Assembly: GCA_951406725.2 (NCBI GenBank)
Contig: OX597831.1
Coordinates: forward strand, 1,798,001 to 1,862,000
Direction of reading: 5' to 3'
From: Octopus vulgaris
Lineage: Eukaryota
Length of the DNA: 64,000 nt
Under the pieces are notes generated by a model. That model was not told where the DNA came from and did no database searches. It saw only the letters and a program-made list of their open reading frames with translations. Each line of letters starts with the position of its first letter. The stretch's first letter is position 1. Positions 25,293 to 35,875 of the stretch are shown one piece after another. Made by a program: the position numbers and the translations under genes.

Positions 25293-26470
25293 GAGTGTGT
25301 GTGTATGTGTGTAAAATATACTTATGCTTCAGCATAATCTTAGACATTATGGCTAAAACGAACTAAATGACATGAAGATATATCACATATAATGTTTTGT
25401 TTGTTATTAATTTGTAGGAAAGTAAATTTATTTGTTTATTATTGAATTATTACCAACATCAGGCGAGGGATTTTTATAAAGCGTGAATTTCATGATTGAG
25501 GACTGAAGGAAACATTCCCTTGAAACTCACTTGGGACTCACTTCCTAAAAGCCTTATAACTTTATAAGGCATGTTTGGTTTTTCACAGACCCTTAGCACA
25601 CAACAAAATCCCTTCATTTGCGCCATGAATTCTAGTTGGTCGAAGCCCTCAGTAATCTGGTAACTCTAATCTCTTATGTCTGTTATTCTAACAGAATCTC
25701 CTTTTCTCATGCCAAAGGATATTATTTACATTGCTTTACTTTCTTTCTTCCTTTTCTTTTTGTTTTTTTGTTTTACATGTGCAAGTATTTTGGTGGCAGG
25801 GGAGCAGGAAAGTACGATAAACTGAAATGTTTATTTAAAAATATATAAAAAAGTTGATTTGTTATCAAAAGTTCTAGTGGCTGCATCTCTCACCCCACCC
25901 CCCATCTCTGTAATGAGAAGATTTGTTTATATTTATTAATCATTTCTGTGTTTTAACTATCTGCATGCTATATACTTGAGCTCTTTCATTCCTATATTTC
26001 TAATGAGTAGACTTCAGATGTGGTTTTTCAATTAATTTTTGATACAGTGCAGGTGTGGCTGTGTGGTTAAGCAGTTTACTTTCCAATTACATGGTTTCAA
26101 GTTCGGTCCCACTGCATGGCACCTTGGGCAAGTGTTTTCTACTGTAGCCTCAAGTTGATGAAAGCCATGTGAGTGGATTTGTTAGCTTTGTTCATTTTGA
26201 AATATTTCCACCCATCTCTACTGTTGTTACTCAGTACTGGGCAGGATTTGTTGGCCATTGCTACTGCGCTGAACAACAAGCTACATCTAATGCTATAATT
26301 TGGAGATTCCTGCACTTTACTACTTCGAGAACCATTCAGCTATATTGATATTGTTGGCAGGACCTTCCAAAACTAATGGGAGTCAAAAGTCCCTAATGCA
26401 GCATGCTGAAACACATCACAGTAATCATCGCATGATTATTATTATTATTATCATTATTATTATTTTTATT

Positions 26471-26890
26471 ATTGAATGAGAGAGCAGTGCATGCCATCAA
26501 AGTGGCACTGGGGTAAGATATACAAGCTCAGTATACCCATCATGACTACCCATGCATCACAACCATATGTGCCCGACATGGTGATTTCTTATCAAGATAA
26601 ACAGTGCATGACTTTGCGGGTGGGGCCCAGTTAGAATTTCTTCAGGTTAAGCAGCCCATCCTGCTCAAAAGGTCCCAGAATAAGGGTTGCTTAAGGATGT
26701 TGAACGAAACACCCTTGTTTCCAGCAGTGAATTATTCAAATCCCAAAGAATTCCTCTCAATACACGGCTATGATTTTCCCCCACTGCTCATGATCAAAGA
26801 TGCTCATATTGTCAGCCACTAAAGGGACATGCTTGACTGGTTAAGATCAAGTAACTGTCAAGAAAATCTATGGTATTGAGCAGAATATTT
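26471..26890 (-). mobile_element. Repeat family H copy
   Basis: Homologous to 352-830 and abuts (ATT)n. Confidence 0.7.
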
Positions 26891-26938
26891 CATCATCATC
26901 ATCATTATTATTATCTATGATTAGTAAAATATTATATA

Positions 26939-27383
26939 TGTAGTGACACCTGGTTCCAGATGCCATTTTGGGATTTTCATCCAAGCATGCACAGGGATTA
27001 GAGTCTTCCGGTAGGTCTGCCAGAAGTCCCTTATACATGTGCAGTCATCAGCAGCAGCTAGGCTTGACCGCTATTCTCTCTCTTCGCTCTGCTGCCAACC
27101 GAGCCAGACGCAATGAGACCAGCTCCGTGTGGCTGGAGTTCTGAAGGCGATCCATGACTTCGGCGAATCTGTGAAGAATGCCTTCACAATTGTGATTAAA
27201 CCGACTCTGCTGCTTCCACTCCCCCGGCGTCCAGGTTACCAATGTCCAGAGATGAAATCCTTATTTCGGCGAAATAAATTATTATTGTTATTTGATCGGA
27301 GATTTTTGTTCCTGCTGTTTTCCTTTCCACGACTATGTAAGGAATTGTGAGGCACCCACCCAGTGCCAACCTCACTTCCTACA
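26939..27383 (+). mobile_element. Probable solo LTR
   Basis: 445-bp GC/CpG-richer block bounded by inverted termini TGTAG...CTACA, with an internal AATAAA near 27273. No clean TSD. Confidence 0.6.
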
Positions 27384-29305
27384 TAATATTTTGCTTGATA
27401 TTGAGCTCAAGGTTAGCCATGGTGCAATAGACCTATGATCAAAAGTTTTCCAGCTATGACCATTCTATGCATCTATTCTCAAACATTACATATTTAAGTG
27501 ACTAACTACATTAACCAATGTACGTTTCCAATAAGATAGTAAATAGGGTGTGATTTGAAAGAGATTTAATTTCTATTTCTAGCAAATCGAGTGTTTGTTG
27601 AACTTATGCTCATGCCAACCAACTTTAAAATCTTATGTTGTTCTCTTTGTAATAAAATTTGGGAGATTTTAAGTTAAATATAAAGACTTTAGTATAGATG
27701 GCCTCATGTGGATTGGGATTAAATGTGTTAGGTCTTTTATTTATTTATTTATTTATTAATTCATTTATTTATTTTTCCTCATTTACTCAATGGCCTGCCT
27801 AATCCATTTCCCTTTAAACTTGGCTTCAATGGTTAAATTTCCTTTTACAAAGTTCTCACTATCAGTTATTAAAACTGAAATTAATAAAAAGTCCCTTTCC
27901 CTCCCTCTCCCTCCTCTTTCTCTCTCCTCCTTCTCTCTTCCTCTCTCTCTCTCTCTCTATTCAAGACACTAAACAAACAAAACTGATTCCTGTGTCTTTA
28001 TTGAAAACATGTTTAACACGTGAAGTGATATTAGAAGACAAGTAAAATTGAATAAAACAACACTGATTCAGCTCTTTGATTGGTTGTTTGACTACAAATA
28101 GATCACCATTACCACTACCACCATCGTCATTGCCATAATCATTGTTGTTCTCGTCATCTTCTGCATCATCATCATCATCCTTGTAATTTCCTTCTGCTGT
28201 GTCAATGAGTGCAACAGTCTAAATGTCTTCCTGTATGATTGTTGTGGTGGTCATGGTGATGATGGATGTGTGAGTAATTAACAGTCACTTAACCCCAGAT
28301 CACCATTCTTGTTCCCTTGATTGAGCAGCTCTAGGAACAGAGATGTTCTAGCTATGACCGTCCACCTTTGTATATATCATAGACTTTATTCTCCAATCTG
28401 TCCTTCCCATTTTTAAGATGATAGAATATGAATTGAGGGAGATTTGGCTGCTACATCTAGCAGATCAAGTGACCACATACAGGCTCCCTTGTAGGTTCAT
28501 ACTGGTAATAGTAGTTGTGGTGGTAGCAATGGTGGTGATGGTAGCAGTAACAGTAGTCGTAATGACCTGGCAAAAGACATCTTCAGTGATTAAAGATGAA
28601 AGTTTATCAGAGATACCTACATCCTTTTATACCTAGGTAGACTTTGCCTTCTGTTCTCTCAGGGTTGATGAAATAAATTCTTGGTAGAATACTGGGTTTG
28701 ATATCATCACTTAACGTCCACTTTTCTATGCTTGCATGGATCATATAGAATTTGTTGGGGCAGATTTTTCTACAGGTGCCCTTCCTGTCACCAACCATCA
28801 CCTGTTTCCAAGCAAGGTATTATTTCATCATAATTAGACATATTCTTCACAGATGACTAAAAACAAACTGTGGTGTATGCGGGAGATTTGAAATAAGGAC
28901 ACCTACCTTCTCTTCGTCGATGCAGAACTCTCCAGCGGTAATGCACCCTTCCACATGGCCCGACCCAAATGCTAAAAATAGCAGCTGCTTTTCCCTATAC
29001 TTTGACAAAGCACTCACATGTCCAGCTCTGTCGGCTACCCTGATCAAAAAGGCCCAATGCTCCTCTGCCTGCGCGTGCGTCACTCCTGCCCCTTCCTCTT
29101 CCGGTCAGCCCCAAGTTCTGGGCAGTGATGCTTATTTACATCTACCACATGATGTTTAGACAAGAGTACACATAAACACTTTCCACATGGTTGGGAAGCA
29201 AGCTTCTTAGCTACATGACCATGCCTATACGTATATTCAGCCAAAATCTTAAAGGCAGTACTCCAGCATGACCGTCATCCAGTAACTGAAAGTAGTGAAA
29301 GAATG

Positions 29306-29673
29306 ATCATCATCATCCAACGTCCGCTTTCTATGCTGGCATGGGTTGGACGGTTCAACTGGGGTCTGGGAAGCCAGAAGGCTGCACCAGGCCCAGTCTG
29401 ATCTGGCAGTGTTTCTACAGCTGGATGCCCTTCCTAACGCCAACCACTCCGTGAGTGTAGTGGGTGCTTTTTACGTGCCACCGGCACATGTGCCAGACGA
29501 GGCTGGCAGACGGCCATGATCGGATGGTGCTTTTTATGTGCCACCGGCATGGGGACCAGACGAAGCTGGCAACGGCCACAGTCGGATGGTGCTTTTTACG
29601 TGCCACCGGCACAGAGGCCAGTCGGGTGGTGCTGGCTACGGCCACGTTCGGATAGTTCTCTTACGTGCCACCG
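29306..29673 (-). mobile_element. Retroposon family C ((GAT)n-tailed, with a 5' tandem array)
   Basis: Core ggttggcgttaggaagggcatccagctgtagaaa on the minus strand, flanked by a direct duplication of about 40 bp. Confidence 0.85.
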
Positions 29674-30155
29674 GCATGACCGTCATCCAGTAACTGAAAG
29701 CAGTTGAAAGAATGTATCTGAGAATAACAAATTTTGGGTTATTCACCCTTTTGTGACAATTTTCCCCTTGAAATACATTGTTTTTATTTCGATTAATTTT
29801 GAAAATATTGAAGAATTCAATAAAATAATTTGGCTGTTATTAAAATGGTGTTTCAGACATAGAATTATAAGAAATTTTAATTGAAAGTGTTAATTTAAAT
29901 CACTTTTGAACAGCAAGTTTGTATCATAGAACCAGGGATGGTCTCAGGTAGGTTAGTATCAAAAGAATTAAAGATGCGTTGTTGAGCTTGACTTTGGCTT
30001 CCCATCTGTCGAATTATCTAACCCATACCAGCATGGAACACAGACATTAAATGATGATGATAGTGATATATATATATATATATATATATATAAACATACA
30101 TACATGTATATGTGTGCCTGTGTTTATATGTGTATATGTATGAGAGGGTGAGAGG

Positions 30156-30471
30156 GATTACCATGGGATTGCACCTAAAAAGTTACCCTCCAAGGCACAA
30201 GTCTGAGCAAGGTTGTTTATGGAAGACCAGCAGTCGCCCATAGACACCGGCTTCTCCTCTCCATGCCACCGATGTTATCCTAGGGAAAGGGAAAGGCTGC
30301 TACAGCTTGGCACCAGGGACATCGCAACTCATTTCTACAGCTGAGTGAACTGGAGCAACATGAAATAAAGTGTCTTGCTCAAGAACACAACACACAGCCC
30401 TGTCTGGGAATCGAACTCATAACCTCACGATCATAAGATCGATGCTCTAACCACTGAGCCATGCCCCTTCA
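30156..30471 (-). mobile_element. SINE family F (tRNA head + CORE-like block); second copy at about 36530-36863 (+)
   Basis: tggctcagtggttagagc / gagttcgattccc / gtgttcttgagcaagacacttt on the minus strand. It ends about 55 bp upstream of a coding exon. Confidence 0.8.
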
Positions 30472-30527
30472 CTATATGTATATATTTATTTATATTCTAT
30501 ATAAATATATTATTTCTTCTTTTGCAG

Positions 30528-30625
30528 GTACATGTTTTTCTTACAAATAAAGAGTGATATACTTTCTGGGAAACTCCTGTGTTCATTTGAGACTACGGTT
30601 GAACTGGCTGCTTTGGCTCTTCAAT
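30528..30625 (+). CDS. EPB41L5: FERM gene exon (FERM-M start): (R)[32 protein letters not shown](S)
   Basis: ttcttttgcag| acceptor, |gtaagt donor, 98 nt, phase 2 to 1. Missed by the ORF track. Confidence 0.93.
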
Positions 30626-30857
30626 GTAAGTTGTGATTTTTATTAACATTATTTTTATTATCATCAGCCACTAAAAAACATGCTCAACCGGTTATGGTCA
30701 AGCAAATCTGCTTGTAGCCATCTTTTACACCAGGACAAAATATGTACATGTTACGATCAGAAGCCATGAGAGCCACTGCCTGGTTCTGCATCAGGGCATA
30801 TATGATTATTGTTATCATTATTAAAGGTTGCATGGTAGACCAAGAAGCCTTCTCTGA

Positions 30858-31088
30858 AAGTGGTGAGTTGGCTGAAACGTTAGCACACCGGGTGAAATGC
30901 TTAGCGGTATTTCATCTCCTGTTACGTTCTGAGTTCAAATTCCGCCGAGGCCGACTTAGCCTTTCATCCTTTCGGGGTCAGTTAAATAAGAACCAGTTAC
31001 ACACTGGGGTTGATATAATCGACTTAATCTGTTTGTCTGTGTTGTTTGTCCCCTCTATGTTTATCCCGTTGTGGGCAATAAAGAAATA
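30858..31088 (+). mobile_element. SINE family A
   Basis: TSD aagaagccttctctgaa. Confidence 0.85.
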
Positions 31089-32506
31089 AGAAGCCTTCTC
31101 TGAACATTCACTTTTAGATTAGAGAAGGACAGGAGTAAAGAGGGAAGGCACTTGTAAAAAAGTTACAGCAGGCAGTGTTATTGTTGTCATTTCTCCAGTC
31201 AACAAATTGTCCAGTGACTTTGTGTCTTCAAAAGTATATAGAAATAAGAGATCCCTTACTTTGAAAAACAAGTGAAGGTTTGCTTCTGGGAGGGCATCTG
31301 GCTGTAAAACAATACCTTCTGTAACATATTCATCCAACCCATGTAAGCATGGGACAAAAAAAAATCTATGTAAAATGAACAAACACATGTGTATGTGTAC
31401 TTTTAATTGTGTATGCATGTATGTGAATGCGTGTATAAGCATATGTGTGTGTGAGTGTTGACATATTGACTGCAAAGGCTTATACAAATATGAGAAATGT
31501 ATGAATATGTCACCTATTTAACAATGTTGATTTATTGTCTCTTTATCTCTCATACACAAACACACATGCACACACCCATACACATATGTGCACATATAAG
31601 CATATATATATGTGTGTGTGCGTAGAGAGAGAGGGAGAGAGAGGATTTATATATAGGTATATATATAAACTCTAGGTTAGTTAAAATATGTTTATGATAT
31701 AGTTTAACTTCCTAAAGTCAAATTCACTGCAGTTACTGTGGAAAAAATTCTCTCTTATGGTAAGAGGTGTAAAATCACCATATCTGTCTCATGCTTCCCT
31801 CTAGTAGACTCCCAGACATGCATTTCTGGCTCTTTAGCCTTCCTCAATGGGAAATACTGTTGAGAGATAACCCTGAGCAGATTCAAAGCCACAGCTATAA
31901 GTAAAAAAATATCGGTGACTGAGTTACACTAGTGGACCGCCTGGCCAGGATAAAAATAGCATCAGCACTAAGCAGTAATTAGGAATAAACAAACTTTAGG
32001 TTACTTAAAATATGTTTGTGGAATATTTTTAGCCTTCTTCAATGCAAATTCACAGCAGTTACCACTGAGAAAATAATTCTCTTGTATGGTAAAGTGTGAA
32101 AAAACACCATATATATATATGTGTGTGTGTGTATGTATATATATGCACATACATAGTCATACCTCAACTTATGTTGGTAATTATTTCCAAGACATGCAAC
32201 TTAACTCAAAAAAAATGACAAGGAAAACATTTTAAAAGACGTTTATTATCTTATATCTGTTTTAATAAATGGTTTATGAGTATTTTCACATGTATTTTAT
32301 TTGATTTTCCATTTTGGTTTGACGATATTTCTCTTTATGCTTTTTAATGCTCTCACTGAGACCAGCATTAAGTTGGATAAGTCATTTGAAGTTTTAATTT
32401 TAATTTTTCCCTTAACTTTCTGTCAAAAAAGAAAATGTTAAGTGGAAAAAGACATAACTCGAAATGATGTTAGGTATACCTTTATATATATATATATATA
32501 TATATA

Positions 32507-32939
32507 TCGGTGACACATAAGAAAACACCATCCGAGCGTGGCCGTCTGCCAGCCTCGTCTGGCACCTGTGTCGGTGGCACATAAAAAACACCATCCGAGC
32601 GTGGCCGTCTGCCAGCCTCGTCTGGCACCTGTGTCGGTGGCACATAAAAAACACCATCCGAGCGTGGCCGTCTGCCAGCCTCGTCTGGCACCTGTGTCGG
32701 TGGCACATAAAAAACACCATCCGAGCGTGGCCGTCTGCCAGCCTCGTCTGGCACCTGTGTCGGTGGCACATAAAATCACCCACTACACTCTCGGAGTGGT
32801 TGGCGTTAGGAAGGGCATCCAGCTGTAGAAACACTGCCACATCTGACTGGCCTGGTGCAGCCTTCGGGCTTCCCAGACCCCAGTTGAACCGTCCAACCCA
32901 TGCTAGCATGGAAAGCGGACGTTAAACGAAGATGATGAT
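32507..32939 (+). mobile_element. Retroposon family C with about 4.2 near-perfect 63-bp tandem units (32507-32772)
   Basis: cacca recurs at 32526, 32589, 32652 and 32715, followed by the family C core and a gatgat tail. Confidence 0.9.
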
Positions 32940-32954
32940 ATATATATATATATA

Positions 32955-33178
32955 CTTTATTTAAAAGCAGCAGAAATTCAACAAAACCTGTTACTCGGAG
33001 TTTCACGTTCCCGTTTGTCAGACAGTTTTTGTTAAAAACTGTCCGACGAACAGGAACGTGAAACTCCGAGTAACAGGTTTTGTTGAATTTCTGCTGCTTT
33101 TAAATAAAGCATATTACTCTACCCCTGGTATTTGAGTACTCTATTTTCCACCTTGTTTCACATTTATGTGTTTACTCC

Positions 33179-33180
<2 letters not shown>
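32955..33180. mobile_element. Penelope-like terminal-repeat remnant with an inverted duplication
   Basis: 76-bp inverted repeat (32955-33030 / 33034-33109) containing a hammerhead-like core, inserted in (TA)n. Confidence 0.65.
33039..33076 (+). ncRNA. Minimal type I hammerhead ribozyme-like motif (mirror copy on the minus strand in the other arm)
   Basis: ctgt-CCGACGA-ac(a)ggaacgt-GAAA-ctccgag-TA|acag: stem I ctgt/acag, stem II acg/cgt, short stem III actc/gagt, GUA cleavage triplet. The core deviates from CUGANGA. Confidence 0.6.
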
Positions 33181-33220
<40 letters not shown>

Positions 33221-33993
33221 TACATACACACTCACACACGCACACACACGCATGGCTGTTTGGGAATTGTTTTCTTTTTTCTTTTTTTTCCTTTTTCCTA
33301 TTGACTGTTCTGCTTCTACAGTGACTCCCTTAGGGACTTCTGTTTTATGTGTGTCACACAAATATGTGATCCCTAAACAGTATGTTGTTGATATAATTGC
33401 TTTGACCCTGGTGTTGTCTCTATAAACATTGCTGAACTGTTTTGCTTGTTTTATAGGGAAGGTGGTAGTTGTGTTGGTGGTGGTGATAAAGTTAATGTTA
33501 TTGATGGTAATGCCATAGTTGTTGGTAGTGATAGCATTAGTGGTGTTGATGGTTATAATATCATTGGTGGTAGTAATTCTTTCTACTATAGTTACAAGGC
33601 CCGAAATTTCGGGGAAGTTGCTAGTCAATTACATCAACCCCTGTGCTCAACAGGTACTTATTTTATTGACCCTGAAAGAATAAAAGGCAAAGTCAGCCTC
33701 GGTAGAATTTGAACTCAGAACCTTAAGACAGATGAAATGTTGCTTGGCATTTTACCTGGCTTGCTAATGATTCTGCTTGCCCACTGCCCTTTTTTTGGTG
33801 GCCGTGATGATATTCGTGGCGTAAATGGTGATAATGGTGTTAATGGTGATATTAGTACTTTTCATAATAATGTTCTTTGTTGTATGTGATAATGTTGTGA
33901 TAATATTAGTGGTGTTGGTAATAATACTGTTGGTGGTGGCAATAATGCTATGATAGTCATAACATTAATCTATGATAGTGAGGCATCTAGATG

Positions 33994-34054
33994 TCTAGAT
34001 GCCTGATGAGTTAGGCTCATTCCACAAGCCTATGAGACTTTTAAGTTGCATAGA
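33994..34054 (+). ncRNA. Degenerate type I hammerhead ribozyme-like motif
   Basis: atgc-CTGATGA-g.taggct(cattccaca)agccta.t-GAgA-cttttaag-TT|gcat. All three stems are present, but GAAA is mutated to GAGA. Confidence 0.5.
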
Positions 34055-35434
34055 GCTGAGTCTGACTGTTACTACATAATATATGTAACTCTTACCAAAT
34101 GTGCTGAGTGCCACATTCTTTTGTTTGTCCAATCATTCTTTGCATGTATTTGTGTATATATGTAAAATCTTATTTTAGTGCACAGAACTTGAAAGTTCGT
34201 TTGCATTCCCTCTTGCCAGCTGGCGTTCTGGTACTGTGAGTGATTAATTGAAATACTGAGTACTTCTTAAAATATATACATATGTATATGTGTTGGTGAC
34301 ACATAAAAAGCACCATTTGAGCTGATGCCAGTGCCGCATGACTGGCACCTGTGCTGGTGGCACGTAAAAAGCACTCAGCGCACTCTCGGAGTGGTTGGCA
34401 TTAGGAAGAGCATCAGGCTGTAGAAACCTTACCAAATCAGATCGGGGCCTGATGCAGCCTCCTGGCTAACCAGTTCTCAGTCAAACCATCCAGCCCATGC
34501 CGGAATGGAAAGCAGACATTAAACAATGATGATGATCACACACACACAGATGCATATGTATGTTTGTGTGTTTACCTATATATATGTATATATACACATA
34601 CATATGCACGCACACAGACACACACACACACACATGCATATGTATGTGTGTGTGTTTACATATATGTATATATACACATACATATTCACACGTGTGTGTG
34701 TATACATACATGCACAAACAGATGTATATGTGTGTGTGTGTATGTATATATATATGTACATATATATATAAAATCACATACAATATATATCTACATACAC
34801 ATACACACAGATGGATGTATACACATGCACACAGCCCTTAAGCATACCCCACCCCCACCCTCCTACAACCCCACCCCACCCCACCCAACCTTATCTACTT
34901 TCTCTGATAAACACCTCGTTGCAAGACATGGGTATGCAGACAACAAATCAACTGTAATTTACTTCTTGGGAGTCGTCGTGCCGATTCTTCTATTTGTCTC
35001 GCAGGCACCACCACATTAGCGCCCGTCACCTGTCTCCCATTTCCCCAGCCTCCCGACACTCACACCTCCACACCCCCATTGCCCCTGGATGGTTTATAAA
35101 ACCCTCTTGTATCTTTGTTTGTCTAAACACGCTGTACAGCTGTTAGTATCAGACATAACTTCTAGAACACTCTATAGCCACCGTATAACACTGCAGCCGC
35201 CATGCAATTATTGATAAATAAATTTGCCATTTGCTAATGTTAGTTCAAACTTCAACAGATGTACCAAATTTGTTTATGCCAGAAAGCTTTAGAAACCAAA
35301 TTCTTTTTGACTTTATTTTATTTTATTTATTTTTTTTTTTACTTTTTACAAGAATTATTGTTTAGTCATTTTTGTTTTTCTTCATATCTTTTAGATATTT
35401 CGTTAACCCTTTTCATAACAACATATCTAAACCT

Positions 35435-35875
35435 GCAGTGCCATGTAAAAAGTGCTAGTGCTACATAAAAAAGCACTAGTACTGGTTGGTGTCATGTAAA
35501 AACAGCACTGGCGGTGGTGAAAAAGCATTGGTAATGGTACCACATAAAAAGTACTGGTGATGGTACTACATGAAAAAGTACTGGTGATGGTGTCTTGTGA
35601 AAAGCTCTAGTATTGGTGTCATGTAAAAACAGCACTGGCAGTGGTGAAAACACATTGGTAATGGTACTACACGAAAAAGTACTGGTGATGGTGTGCCATG
35701 TAAAAAACACCCTGTACACTTTGTAAAGTGGTTGGCACTAGGAAGGGCATCCAGCTGTAGAAACCAAGCCAAAATGGACTAAGTAACCCGGTGTGGCCTC
35801 TGGCCATACCAGCTCCTATCAAGCCATCCAACCTGTGCCAGTATGGAAAACGGACATTAAATGATGATGAGGATG
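35435..35875 (+). mobile_element. Older family C copy with a long diverged 5' array of roughly 27-30 bp units
   Basis: Repeated ggtgccatgtaaaaagcact-like units, then the core ggttggcactaggaagggcatccagctgtag and a gatgat tail. Confidence 0.75.

Noticed and set aside
26939-29125. Bacterial horizontal transfer suggested by GC-rich patches
   Set aside because: The patches are short, have no recognisable bacterial gene, and are better explained as retroelement fragments.
32507-32772. CRISPR-like array, also in the other family C arrays
   Set aside because: The spacers are identical or homologous to one another, there are no cas genes, and the arrays are the 5' part of a dispersed eukaryotic retroposon.
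32412-32909. 165-aa and overlapping repetitive ORFs
   Set aside because: Artefact of a GC-rich 63-bp (21-codon) repeat without stops.
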